Translations under genes and position numbers: made by a program
DNA from: Bacteroidales bacterium
Lineage (GTDB): Bacteria > Bacteroidota > Bacteroidia > Bacteroidales > UBA7960
Length of the DNA: 44,798 nucleotides
Direction of reading: 5' to 3'
NCBI GenBank assembly: GCA_007130125.1
Contig: SLSZ01000135.1
Span: 1 to 44,798 of the forward strand
In this document: piece after piece, positions 28,892 through 39,900 of the stretch
Layout of the letters: every line of letters begins with the position of its first letter
Position numbering within the stretch: position 1 is the first letter of the stretch
Notes under the pieces: generated by a model
Database searches by the model: none
Told to the model about the DNA's origin: nothing
The model's input: only the letters and a program-made list of their open reading frames with translations

Positions 28892-30015
28892 TGAGCAAAA
28901 GAGTAGACATAGTATCAGATCATTTGATTTCTGCTTTGGGTAGCGGTTCAGAAGAAAATTTCAACAAACTGCTGAATAATCGGACAGGCATTACTATGCA
29001 TAATAACGGCAAGTATTCCGATAACATGTTGCCTTTAGGCTCAATTAACGATGAGTGGCTTTCTCAATGGGCTTATAATAATGAACTACCTGAAGGTTTC
29101 ACACGATTTGAAAAGCTTTCTATCTTGTCAATCTCTGAAGCTTTAAAAGACACTTCAATTGATATTTCTTCAGAAGACACGTTGCTGGTTCTTTCGACTA
29201 CAAAGGGAAATGTTGATTTGATAGAGTATCCTGAAATGCATAACAAGCTTGATCTGTGGTATTCGGCCCATCAGATCGCCGGTTATTTTAAAGCCAAAAA
29301 CCGCCCGAGGCTTATATCCAATGCTTGTATTTCAGGTGTTGTAGCTCTTATGTATGCCCAATGGCAGCTTAAGGAAGGCAGATATAAACACGCTGTTGTT
29401 GTGGGTGCTGATACGTTATCAAAGTTTGTTGTCAGCGGTTTTGAATCTTTCATGTCACTTAGCTCTGAAATATGTAAGCCCTTTGATAAAAACCGCGATG
29501 GTTTGACAATTGGCGAAGCAGCAGCAACCATGGTATTAAGTACCCAGGAAAAAGGGAAAGTAAGTATAGTTAAAGGAGCAACGGCAAATGATGCTAATCA
29601 TATAAGTGGTCCGTCGCGCACAGGCGAAGGACTTTTCCAGGCTATAAAACATACACTCGATAATGAAGACATTCAAATAGACTTCATTTCAGCTCACGGC
29701 ACAGCAACACCCTACAATGACGATATGGAGTCGATAGCAATTACCAGAAGCGGATTGAACAATGTGCCCGTAAACGGATTTAAAGGTTATGTCGGGCATA
29801 CCCTCGGTGCTGCCGGAATAGTGGAGGTAATTTACTCATTGTGGTCAATGTATCACAATAAGATAATAAAGACTTTTGGATATAATGAGTTTGGTGTTGT
29901 TGAAAAAGTTAATATAATAGATAGAAATATCACAAAAGAACTGAATAATGTTTTAAAAACCGCATCCGGCTTTGGAGGATGCAATTCAGCCTTATTACTC
30001 AAGAAAAATGGATAA
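28891..30015 (+). CDS. Beta-ketoacyl-ACP synthase (active KS)
   Basis: SNACISG, SAHGTAT, KGYVGHTLGAAG, SGFGG; ATG 28891 overlaps the thioesterase stop. Confidence 0.88.
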   Translation: MSKRVDIVSDHLISALGSGSEENFNKLLNNRTGITMHNNGKYSDNMLPLGSINDEWLSQWAYNNELPEGFTRFEKLSILSISEALKDTSIDISSEDTLLVLSTTKGNVDLIEYPEMHNKLDLWYSAHQIAGYFKAKNRPRLISNACISGVVALMYAQWQLKEGRYKHAVVVGADTLSKFVVSGFESFMSLSSEICKPFDKNRDGLTIGEAAATMVLSTQEKGKVSIVKGATANDANHISGPSRTGEGLFQAIKHTLDNEDIQIDFISAHGTATPYNDDMESIAITRSGLNNVPVNGFKGYVGHTLGAAGIVEVIYSLWSMYHNKIIKTFGYNEFGVVEKVNIIDRNITKELNNVLKTASGFGGCNSALLLKKNG

Positions 30016-30616
30016 TTGGAGTATTATAAACAGTGTGGAAATAAACAATGGCAAAGTGTTTGCCAATGGCCGGCTTGTACATGACACTGAAAATGATTTT
30101 ACACTAGCTTCAAAAGAGCTGTACAAAAAATATAGTAAAGCTTATATCAAGTTTTTTAAGATGGATGCCCTTTCGAAGCTTGGCTTTCTCACAGCCGAAA
30201 TACTTTTGAAGGATTTTAACCTTGAAAACATTGACATGAATGAAATAGCACTGGTTGTTGGAAATTCTAATGCAACAAAGGATACGGATTTGAAGTATTT
30301 GCAAACAATGAGGGAGCAACCAAGCCCGGCCGTATTTGTCTACACACTGCCTAATATTTTGGTTGGGGAAATATGTATCCGGCATGGGTTCAAAGGACAA
30401 AATGTTTTTTATATTAGTGGGAAATTTGATGAGGAAGAGTTGTATGAAAACATTGAATTGCTTATAAATAACAGCACTACTGATTATGTGATAGGCGGAT
30501 GGGTTGACTTTATAAACCCAAATGATTATAAATCCATACTTTACTTAATTGGTAAAGATTCAAAAAGTAGTAAATTTGCAATAAATAATTTAAAACGGTT
30601 AAATAATATTAAATGA
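30008..30616 (+). CDS. Short KS-like chain-length-factor partner
   Basis: KFFKMDALSKLGFL, PSPAVFVYTLPNI..GEICIRH; no catalytic triad. Confidence 0.78.
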   Translation: MDNWSIINSVEINNGKVFANGRLVHDTENDFTLASKELYKKYSKAYIKFFKMDALSKLGFLTAEILLKDFNLENIDMNEIALVVGNSNATKDTDLKYLQTMREQPSPAVFVYTLPNILVGEICIRHGFKGQNVFYISGKFDEEELYENIELLINNSTTDYVIGGWVDFINPNDYKSILYLIGKDSKSSKFAINNLKRLNNIK

Positions 30617-30692
30617 TAAATTTGGAGTTTATTAAGCTAATTGGTAAAACCAAATATTTTATTACTGTAATTTTCAAATAAAACCAATAATA

Positions 30693-30947
30693 ATGGACAG
30701 CTTGATCAGGCAATTAAAAGAACAAATAATTGATCATTTGAATCTTGAGGGACTCAGCCCGGATGATATAAACGAGAAGGAACCACTTTTTGGTGAGGGT
30801 TTGGGGTTAGATTCTATAGATGCACTTGAGTTAACTCTCTTGCTCGAGAGAGGATATGGCATCAAACTTGAAAACCCACAAGAAGGCAAGAAGATCTTTC
30901 AATCAGTTGAAACAATGGCGGAGTATATTCAGCATAACAAAAAATAA
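30693..30947 (+). CDS. Acyl carrier protein
   Basis: PLFGEGLGLDSIDALEL phosphopantetheine motif; 84 aa, acidic. Confidence 0.92.
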   Translation: MDSLIRQLKEQIIDHLNLEGLSPDDINEKEPLFGEGLGLDSIDALELTLLLERGYGIKLENPQEGKKIFQSVETMAEYIQHNKK

Positions 30948-30967
30948 CCCCGAAAATTCATCATCTA

Positions 30968-32152
30968 ATGGGAAATCGCGTGTTTGTTACTGGAATGGGA
31001 ATTATATCAGCAATTGGTAATAATTTAGAAGAAAACTACAACTCATTGCTGAATAAGGAGCATGGTATCAGTAAACTGGATATTCTTGAAACTGTGCATA
31101 AGGATGAAATTGTTTGCGGGGAAATTAAGTTAACTAACGAGGAGTTACTCCAAAGGCTTAAATTACCTGAAAATACAACTTACCCACGGACTACGATATT
31201 GGCTATACATGCTGCCAAAGAAGCATATAATGATGCCGGCCTGGCAAATGGCGATACAGCAAAAACCGGTGTGATACTTGGAACCACCGTTGGCGGAATG
31301 GATAAAAGTGAAAGATATTACAGGCACCCGGAAGAAAATACCGATTTTATTAATACTCATAATTGTGGGTATACAACTGAAAAAGTTGCCGACTCTCTTA
31401 ACCTACAGGATTTTGTTACAACCCTTAGCACTGCATGCAGTAGTGGAGCTAATGCTATTATGCTTGGAGCAAGGCTTATAAAAAACGGGATTGTTGACCG
31501 TGCTATTGTCGGTGGTACCGACTCTCTGTCGAGGTTTACAATAAATGGCTTTAAAACGCTTTTCCTGCTGGATCCAAATCCTTGTTCTCCTTTTGATAAG
31601 GACCGCAAAGGGCTTAACCTGGGTGAAGGGGCCGGCATTTTGGTTCTTGAGAGTGAAAAGCTGTGCAATGAAAAGAAGAAGTACTGCGAGATTAGTGGAT
31701 ATGCTAATAATAATGATGCTTATCATCAAACCGCGACTTCATCCGAAGCAAAAGGACCATTCCTGTCAATGAAAAATGCAATCGAAGTTGGTAAACTTAA
31801 AGCTAAAGATATAGACTATATCAATGTGCATGGAACGGGTACTGATAATAACGATTTTACTGAAGGGATCGCTATGGAAAAATTGTTTGGAGAACATGTT
31901 CCGCCTTTCAGTTCTACAAAATCTTATACCGGCCATACCCTGGGGGCAGCAGGCGCCCTGGAAGCCATATATTCAATACTTTCCATTGAATATAATGTGA
32001 TTTTTCCAAACCTTAATTTTAAACAACGAATATCTGAACTATCGATCTCGCCGGCAACTGTTGTGATTGATAATGCGGGTATTAAGAATGTAATGTCAAA
32101 CTCATTTGGCTTTGGCGGAAACGAAACCACGTTAATTTTTTCAAAGGAATAA
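30968..32152 (+). CDS. Beta-ketoacyl-ACP synthase (FabF-like, active KS)
   Basis: STACSSG, NVHGTGT, KSYTGHTLGAAG, NSFGFGG. Confidence 0.9.
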   Translation: MGNRVFVTGMGIISAIGNNLEENYNSLLNKEHGISKLDILETVHKDEIVCGEIKLTNEELLQRLKLPENTTYPRTTILAIHAAKEAYNDAGLANGDTAKTGVILGTTVGGMDKSERYYRHPEENTDFINTHNCGYTTEKVADSLNLQDFVTTLSTACSSGANAIMLGARLIKNGIVDRAIVGGTDSLSRFTINGFKTLFLLDPNPCSPFDKDRKGLNLGEGAGILVLESEKLCNEKKKYCEISGYANNNDAYHQTATSSEAKGPFLSMKNAIEVGKLKAKDIDYINVHGTGTDNNDFTEGIAMEKLFGEHVPPFSSTKSYTGHTLGAAGALEAIYSILSIEYNVIFPNLNFKQRISELSISPATVVIDNAGIKNVMSNSFGFGGNETTLIFSKE

Positions 32153-32154
32153 AT

Positions 32155-33213
32155 ATGGCTATTTATATAAACGGAGCACAGGCAATTTCACCACAAAATA
32201 CTTTTTTAAGTCCTGAAATACCAAAGGACCTTATAAAGTATGATGGTATGATGCAAAATGTTTTGCCTGACTTCAAAAACTATTTCAATCCTATTGAAAT
32301 GCGGCGAATGAGCAGGATAATTAAATGTAGCTCTGCTGCTGCCGCAGAGTGTATTAATGAAGCTGAGATTGACACACTCAATGCCATTGCCGTTGGTACA
32401 GGCTTGGGATGCCTTGAAGATACCGAGAAGTTCCTTAATAAAATGATCGATACTAACGAAGGTATGCTTACTCCAACTACATTCATACAATCAACACACA
32501 ATACACTCGCCGGAAAAATTGCCATAGATTATAAGTGTACCGGAGCAAATTTTACATATGCACACAAAACGATCTCCTTTGAGTCTGCCTTGCTTGAAGC
32601 TATATTGTTAATAAAAGAAGGTAATAAAAATATTCTGGTAGGCGGTGTTGATGAAATAACTCCTGAGAATTACAATCTGAGGAAACACATTGATCATTGG
32701 AAAGAGGAACCCTACAATAACTTAGATGTATGTAACTCCAACACCCCGGGCACTGTGGCCGGCGAGGGGGCTGCGTATTTTATGATTTCGGCGGACAAAA
32801 CAAAAAACACTTATGCCGAAATTAAAATGGTGGAACTTTATCACAGATCCAATGGCATTTCGGCATTATCTAAAAACTTGAATAACAGATTGCAAGATGC
32901 CGGTTTGTCATTTGATGATATTGATCTGGTTTTATTTGGATATAACGGCGACAGTATCAGTGATACTTACTATCACCAGGTAAAAGATATGATATTTGAT
33001 AACCATGTTCATGGTTATTATAAGCATTACTGCGGGGAATATGATACATCCGCCTCTTTTGGTGTGTGGATGGCAACAAGGATCATCAAGCAAAACGATG
33101 TTCCGGAAAATGTTATTCTGGGAAAAAGAAAAAAAGATAAAATAAATAATGTTTTGTTGTATAACCAGGAAAACAACAAAAACCACTCTTTTATAGTTTT
33201 ATCCGCATGTTGA
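32155..33213 (+). CDS. Beta-ketoacyl synthase chain length factor
   Basis: RRMSRIIK, GTGLGCLEDT, FIQSTHN, GEGA; catalytic Cys/His motifs absent. Confidence 0.85.
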   Translation: MAIYINGAQAISPQNTFLSPEIPKDLIKYDGMMQNVLPDFKNYFNPIEMRRMSRIIKCSSAAAAECINEAEIDTLNAIAVGTGLGCLEDTEKFLNKMIDTNEGMLTPTTFIQSTHNTLAGKIAIDYKCTGANFTYAHKTISFESALLEAILLIKEGNKNILVGGVDEITPENYNLRKHIDHWKEEPYNNLDVCNSNTPGTVAGEGAAYFMISADKTKNTYAEIKMVELYHRSNGISALSKNLNNRLQDAGLSFDDIDLVLFGYNGDSISDTYYHQVKDMIFDNHVHGYYKHYCGEYDTSASFGVWMATRIIKQNDVPENVILGKRKKDKINNVLLYNQENNKNHSFIVLSAC

Positions 33214-33974
33214 CTTATCGTCATATTAGAATAGCCTTTATTTTAATATCCTGTATGTTGATTGCCGGGAATTTTATGTCATATATCCCAATTGCTTGCT
33301 TTTTCATTACACTGGCATTGTTTTTGTCAATATTATTTATCGGTTCTGCTTTTATCTGTAGCCAGTTTTATACTAAAGTTATTTGCCGTGACATAAGGGC
33401 ACGTAACAAAAATGTTTTCATAACATTTGATGATAGCCCTGATAAAACAGAAACACCTTTGGTCCTTGAAGTATTAAAAAAACACGATATAAAAGCAACT
33501 TTTTTTATAATTGGGGAAAAGGCTGAAGAGAATATTGAATTGGTTAAAGAAATTGCCGGGCAAGGGCATGTTTTAGGTAATCATTCATACAGCCATAAAA
33601 ATTATTTTCCCTTAAGAAGTACTAAAAAAATAATTAAAGAAATTAAAAAAACAGACAATTTAATAAATAGTGTCAGGCTATCCGAAAGAATTGTTTTCAG
33701 GCCGCCATTCGGGGTAACCAACCCCTCAATAGCAAAAGCAATAAAAAGGCTTAAAGTTTATACAATAGGATGGAGTCTTAAATCGTTTGATACCGTGACT
33801 AAAAAGAGAGAAAGGGTGCTGAAAAGATTGATAAACAGAACGAGGCCAGGCGATATCGTTCTTTTGCATGATCCGGTCAAAAATATTCATATTGTTTTGG
33901 ATAAGTACATTGAGTTTTTAAAAAAAAATAATTATAACTTTGAAACAGTAGATAAATTGCTGAGTAACGAGTGA
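33207..33974 (+). CDS. Polysaccharide deacetylase (NodB/CE4) with N-terminal TM segments
   Basis: ITFDDSP, GNHSYSH, FRPPFG, IVLLHD. Confidence 0.88.
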   Translation: MLTYRHIRIAFILISCMLIAGNFMSYIPIACFFITLALFLSILFIGSAFICSQFYTKVICRDIRARNKNVFITFDDSPDKTETPLVLEVLKKHDIKATFFIIGEKAEENIELVKEIAGQGHVLGNHSYSHKNYFPLRSTKKIIKEIKKTDNLINSVRLSERIVFRPPFGVTNPSIAKAIKRLKVYTIGWSLKSFDTVTKKRERVLKRLINRTRPGDIVLLHDPVKNIHIVLDKYIEFLKKNNYNFETVDKLLSNE

Positions 33975-34037
33975 CGAGAAATAATTGCTAAATTCCCGCA
34001 CTAGTTACAAGCTAACAACCACTTAACAAACCGATCT

Positions 34038-34664
34038 ATGAAGACATTTTTTGCATTATTAATTTGCTTCCTGTATGTTACTGCTTATAGCCAGTCTGAT
34101 TTCAGACCGGTAAGTGATATCGAGACTGTCGGCAGTAAACTTGACAACATGGCTAAAAGCCTTAATACAATACAAAGTGATTTTCACCAGGAAAAGTATA
34201 TGGACTTCCTGGATGTTACTCTTGAATCCAAAGGAAAGTTCTGGTTTCAGAAAGAAAACTCGCTTCGCTGGCAATATACCGAGCCATACAATTATATTGT
34301 AATAGTTAATGATGGCGTTGTGCAAATAAGTGATGACGGCAGAAATCAGGAATTTCAGGTTAAAGGTAATAAGATATTTGAGCAGGTTAATAATATAATT
34401 GTTGCTTCCATGAGTGGTGATGTAATTGATAATGATGATTTTGATGTTAAGCTATTTGAAAACGATGAGTACTTCCTTGTTAAGCTAAAACCTTTAAAAA
34501 AGGATATTTCTAAGGTTATTCATGAAATGGAAATGTATTTTGATAAATCATCATTGCATATCTCCAAAATAATAATGAACGAGCCTAACAACGACTATAC
34601 TTTGATAAGATATACAAACCGGAAAATCAATGAGCCGATTCCCTCGTCAGTTTTTAGCCTTTAG
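34038..34664 (+). CDS. LolA-like outer-membrane lipoprotein carrier protein
   Basis: Signal peptide; SDFHQEK, SKGKFWF, LRWQYTEPY. Confidence 0.85.
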   Translation: MKTFFALLICFLYVTAYSQSDFRPVSDIETVGSKLDNMAKSLNTIQSDFHQEKYMDFLDVTLESKGKFWFQKENSLRWQYTEPYNYIVIVNDGVVQISDDGRNQEFQVKGNKIFEQVNNIIVASMSGDVIDNDDFDVKLFENDEYFLVKLKPLKKDISKVIHEMEMYFDKSSLHISKIIMNEPNNDYTLIRYTNRKINEPIPSSVFSL

Positions 34665-35250
34665 TATCATTTCTTTTTTGCTTTTCTCTTGCCAAACACA
34701 TAAACTTATTTGGGAAGAAGAACAACCCGGCCCTGGTATATCTGCACCACTGCAATTAGAGAAAGGCGACAGGGCTATGTACAAAGCAAACTTAGAAGTG
34801 TTCAGGAACAATCTAAGCGGTGTGTTTGTTATTCTAAACGCTGACAGCCTCTATAAAGTTGGATTTGTCTCTGAAATGGGAGTGAAGTTTTTTGACATGA
34901 AAATAGATGAGGATGGCTATGAAGTTGTTTACTGTATGGAGGCAATTAACAGAAAACCCTTGTTGAACAGTATTGCAAGAAGTTTGCAATACATCCTCGA
35001 AGACCCGGGAAAACATGATGGAAGCTTTTATGCTACAAAAAGCAATGATACAATTTATAAGCTTGCAGACAATGATGGCTGGAAACGAAAATATTTTGTT
35101 GAAAGCGGCAGGGTTAAAAGAATTGAAGCAAAGAAGCTGATACGCAACAGAGTTTTTCTCAATGCCGGCTATAATAATAAAAACCAACCTGAAAATATTA
35201 TATTTTTGCAAAGAGGGATAAGGATGAGAATAGAAATGAATAAACTTTAA
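34630..35250 (+). CDS. Hypothetical lipoprotein (possible LolB-like partner)
   Basis: Lipobox LFSC; LSGVFVI, SEMGVKFFD; overlaps the lolA-like gene. Confidence 0.7.
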   Translation: MSRFPRQFLAFSIISFLLFSCQTHKLIWEEEQPGPGISAPLQLEKGDRAMYKANLEVFRNNLSGVFVILNADSLYKVGFVSEMGVKFFDMKIDEDGYEVVYCMEAINRKPLLNSIARSLQYILEDPGKHDGSFYATKSNDTIYKLADNDGWKRKYFVESGRVKRIEAKKLIRNRVFLNAGYNNKNQPENIIFLQRGIRMRIEMNKL

Positions 35251-35255
35251 AAAGA

Positions 35256-35290
35256 AGCTGACAGTTGACAACAGGCAGTTGGCAAATTGC
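35256..35290. repeat. Heptamer tandem repeat (AGTTGRC)x5, degenerate
   Basis: AGCTGAC AGTTGAC AACAGGC AGTTGGC AAATTGC. Confidence 0.7.
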
Positions 35291-35309
35291 TGTAATATAT
35301 TAAATACAA

Positions 35310-35684
35310 ATGTTGAAAAGTGATTTTTATAAAATATTAAATAAAGAGCATACTGAAGGAGAGATTGTTTATAAAATAAAATTAAACCCGTCTCATCCGG
35401 TTTACGTGGGACATTTCCCTGATGTACCTGTAACTCCTGGTGTATGCCAGGTTGCTATTGTAAAAGAATGTCTTGAAGATGCCCTGAATAAGACGTTGTT
35501 TTTGAAAAACTCAAAAGATATTAAGTTTGCCGGACTGAACAACCCCGTGGAGAAGGATGAGTTAATAATAAAAATATCTTATGGCTTGCTGGAAGACGGT
35601 TTATATAAAATCAACGCAACAATAATTGATGACCAGGAAAATACGGTTTTAAAATTGAGAGGTGAATTTGGTGACCAGTTATAA
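35310..35684 (+). CDS. FabZ/ApeI-like 3-hydroxyacyl-ACP dehydratase
   Basis: HPVYVGHFPDVPVTPGVCQ. Confidence 0.88.
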   Translation: MLKSDFYKILNKEHTEGEIVYKIKLNPSHPVYVGHFPDVPVTPGVCQVAIVKECLEDALNKTLFLKNSKDIKFAGLNNPVEKDELIIKISYGLLEDGLYKINATIIDDQENTVLKLRGEFGDQL

Positions 35685-36834
35685 ACTTCAACAAAAATTT
35701 GATTCTCTTAAGTGTTGTGTCATTATACCTACCTATAATAATGAATCAACATTGCCGGGTGTAATAAAAGGTGTTTTGAAATTTACATCCAATGTAATTG
35801 TTGTAAATGATGGTTCCACGGATTCAACTAATGAAATAGTTTCAGGATTTCCCCAGGTAACCTATGTTTCTCATAATAAGAACAGGGGTAAAGGTATAGC
35901 TTTGCGTACAGGGTTTTCTGAAGCTATTAAAATGGGATATGATTATGCTATTACCATTGATTCTGACGGACAACATATGCCCGGAGATATTCCGAAATTT
36001 ATTGATGCCCTGGAGAAAAACCCTGGTGCTTTGATTGTAGGAGCACGTAATATGGATCAAAAAAGCGTACCTGCAAAAAGTTCTTTCGGGCATAAGTTCA
36101 GCAACTTCTGGTATTACGTGGAAACCGGAATAAAACTCCCTGATACTCAAACAGGTTACAGGCTCTACCCCGTAAAGAAACTCAGCAATATGCGCTTTTA
36201 TACCGAAAAATTTGAGTTTGAGATAGAGGTGCTTGTCAGGGCAACATGGAAGGGTGTGCCGGTTAATTATGTACCTGTGGATGTATATTATGCACCGAAA
36301 AACGAACGTGTATCTCACTTCAGGCCTGTCAGGGATTTTGCAAGAGTCTCACTGCTGAATACCTGGTTGGTTATTTTAGCTATTTTCTATTATCGCCCTC
36401 TTTTTGTATGGAGAGATATTAGAAAAAAAGGATTTGCTGAGGTTATTGGCAGAAATGAAAGCAACCACAAGCTGGCTGCTGCTATTGGTTTTGGCGTGAT
36501 GATGGGTATAGTGCCAATATGGGGCTACCAAACTGTAACAGCCTTGTTTCTGGCACATCTGCTAAGGTTGAACAAACTGATTGTGTTCTGGTCATGCAAC
36601 ATCAGCTTGCCACCAGTTATGCCTTTCATTTTGTATTTAAGCTTTAAAACAGGTGAACTTTTTGTCGCAAACCCTATTGTGCTTTCGTTTAACCCCGACT
36701 TATCAGTACAATCATTTACTATCGGGCTTAAACAGTACATTATTGGTGCTATCATATTTGCAATAGTTGCTGCCGCGGCAGCTTTTGTTATTTCTTTTTT
36801 ATTGCTTTCTTTGCGGAAGATTATAAAGAGATAA
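35662..36834 (+). CDS. Glycosyltransferase family 2 fused to a DUF2062 membrane domain
   Basis: VIIPTYN, NDGSTD, IDSDGQH, DTQTGYRLYP, SHFRP; C-terminal TM helices. Confidence 0.88.
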   Translation: MNLVTSYKLQQKFDSLKCCVIIPTYNNESTLPGVIKGVLKFTSNVIVVNDGSTDSTNEIVSGFPQVTYVSHNKNRGKGIALRTGFSEAIKMGYDYAITIDSDGQHMPGDIPKFIDALEKNPGALIVGARNMDQKSVPAKSSFGHKFSNFWYYVETGIKLPDTQTGYRLYPVKKLSNMRFYTEKFEFEIEVLVRATWKGVPVNYVPVDVYYAPKNERVSHFRPVRDFARVSLLNTWLVILAIFYYRPLFVWRDIRKKGFAEVIGRNESNHKLAAAIGFGVMMGIVPIWGYQTVTALFLAHLLRLNKLIVFWSCNISLPPVMPFILYLSFKTGELFVANPIVLSFNPDLSVQSFTIGLKQYIIGAIIFAIVAAAAAFVISFLLLSLRKIIKR

Positions 36835-36942
36835 ATAATTAATGATCAACGGAACATTTTCTTTATTTTAAAATTTGTACGAGGCTATAGATGGCAATAT
36901 CCCACATGTATTTTGTTTATGGCTTTTAAAATTTGGAAATTA

Positions 36943-39900
36943 ATGAGTAAGCTTTTTGTTGCAATATACACTTTCATTCGAAGGTTCAGAGTTATATTTC
37001 TTCTGGCAGTGATTGCTTTTGCTGTGTTTGCAACATTTAACATCAGGAATATTACATTATTCGATGATTTTAGTGCTGTTTTTCCCCAGAGTGACAAAAT
37101 TGAAATTTATAACGAAGTAATATCAAACTCGACAATCCTCGAACAGATAGTATTTAATGTTTACCAGAAGGATACCTTGCAGGAAGCTGATCCGGCACAA
37201 TTAACATCTGTTGCTGCTCAACTTGCCGACAGCATTGATTATTACCTTAAGCCTGATTATGTGAGGTCAATTACATCGGGTGTCGATGATCAACTATTCT
37301 TTGAAGCCTTTGAATTGTTTTATCAGTACCTGCCTTTTTATCTTGATAGTGCTGATTATCGAATGCTTGATAGTCTTATTACCTATGAAGGTATTGAAGC
37401 CAAGCTTGAAGAGAACCTGAGATCATTGATGTCACCAGTGTCAGTTGTTACACGTGATTTTTTACTACAGGATCCATTACATATTGTTTTGCCTAAGCTT
37501 GAAGTTTTGAAAGATGTCCAATTGGAGGAAGGGCTTGAGTTATACAATAACTACCTGGTTACTGAAGATAAACGTAATGCTTTATTCTTTGTGCTACCCC
37601 ATGATACGCACAGTACAGCGGAAAACGAATATTTTGTCAATGAGTTGGAAAGGATTACCGGCAATTTTGAAAAGACTTACCCTGACATAAAAATCAGCTT
37701 TTACGGTTCAGTGCCGGTTGCAATTGCCAATACCCGGCAGATAAAGGATGATATTAAGCTTACAGTGTCAATAGCCTTAGTACTGCTGGTTTTCTTAATG
37801 CTTTTCTTTTTCCAGCGGATTCAGAACATTTTGCTGATTTTTTTCCCTGCCGCTGTCGGAGGTGTTTTAGCATTGTTCTTTTTTGCTGTATTTAAACCTG
37901 AAATATCGGCTTTGTCACTTGCAATAGGTTCAGTGCTGCTGGGAATCACCATTGACTTTTCTTTACATTTCCTTACACACCATAAGCACTCCGGCTCATC
38001 AAAAAAGACACTTAAAGCTATATCCGAGCCTGTTTTAATGAGTGGTTTTACAACAACAACAGCTTTCTTATGCCTGTTATTTATTACATCACCGGCTTTG
38101 CAAGACCTTGGTATATTTGCATCAGTTGCCGTTATGGGGGCAGCATTAGGTGCGTTGGTTTTTTTGCCACATATGGTAAATGATAAAAAGGTGCCAGGTA
38201 AAAAGCTTTATCGCCACACTATAATTGAGAAAGCTGCTGCTTTTGAACTGCATGCAGTTAAACCCCTGGTAATTGCCATATTGCTTATATCTGCATTTTT
38301 GTTGTATTTTGCACAATATACAAGCTTTGAAGAAGATCTGGAAAAGTCGGGTTACCTTTCGGAAGAGCTGGCTGAAGCTGATGAAAGGTTGAAAAAGATC
38401 TCCGATATAACCGAAACGACAATATATGTCATAGCTGAAGGAGAAACACTGGATGAATGCCTCCAGCATAACAGGGAGATCGTTAATGAGCTGCAACACC
38501 TGCAAAGTGAAAGTGTTTTCGAATCTTATTATTCAGTATCACGAATTATTCCTTCAGAAAAATTACAACAAGAAAAAATTGAGAAGTGGAATGACTTTTG
38601 GACAGATGAGAAGATTAGTAAAGCTAAATCTATTATGCGTGAAGCAGGAGGAAAGCTTCATTTCAACGAAAAAGCCTACCGGGGATTTTTCCGGATGATA
38701 GAAAAGGATTATGAAATTTTACCGCCGCACACTATTGCTAAAAAGCTGGGGCTTATAACTGAGAACTTTATCATTCACACACCAAGCCGTGTGATGGTTG
38801 CAAATCTGATAAAAGCCGATACTGACGAAATATCGGATGCTATTAAAGAGCATCTGGCCAAAAAAGAAAATACTCTCGTATTTGATAAAAAATCATTAGC
38901 TGAAAGTCTTTTTGATATTCTTAAACATGATTTCAACAGATTTATAGCGGCTTCTCTCGTAGTAGTTTTTTTGATTATACTGATATTTTTCGGCAGGATC
39001 GAACTGGCAATAATTACTTTCCTGCCGATGGCGCTAAGCTGGGGTTGGACTATCGGTATAATGGGCTTATTTGATATTAAGTTCAATATTTTTAATGTCG
39101 TTATTTCGGCATTTATTTTTGGGTTGGGGGTTGATTATTCAATATTTATTTCAAAAGGATTATTACAAAAGCATAAGTTTGGGGCTGACAATATCATTTC
39201 CTATAAAAGCTCAATATTATTGTCATGCCTCAGTACATTGATAGGGGTTGGTGTTTTGATATTTGCAAAACATCCTGCATTAAAATCAATAGCATTACTT
39301 TCTCTTATAGGTATAAGTTCCGTTGTGTTAATTGCATTTACATTACAACCGTTTTTGTTTGATAAAGCTTTTTATTATAAGGGTAAGCCACGTAAGAATC
39401 CGGTGAATCTTTATCAGTTTATGGTATCATCATTGGGTTTCTTTTCTTTTGGTGTAGTTGCCCTGTTTTTATCTGCATTAGTGCCGTTTTTTAAGGTATT
39501 CCCGGCAAAAAAAGTAAGGAAGAGGGCAGCTTATAAACGGCTGATATGCTCGGCTTGCAAGGTTATTATTTCAATTTCATGGTTTTATAGCCCCAAGAGA
39601 TCGTTCGAACTTGATAAAAGCACTTTTGACAAATCGTCAATTATAATATCCAACCACCAGTCTGTAATGGACTTGTTGTTATATCTGTCACTTTCGCCAA
39701 AAATAGTCATGCTTGTAAAAGATTGGGTCTGGAACAATTTTTATTTCGGGCGGGTTGTCAGATATGCCGGCTTTATCAATGTTGAAGAAGAATATAAAGA
39801 GACGTTACCTGCCCTGCAAAAAGCGCTTGATGATGGTAATTCAATACTGATTTTTCCCGAGGGTACAAGGACAAGAACGGGTAAGATCAGGAGATTTCAT

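Noticed and set aside
33207-33974. Inactive deacetylase because of TFDDSP instead of TFDDGP
   Set aside because: The catalytic Asp-Asp, HxxxH, RPP and LLHD motifs are all retained.
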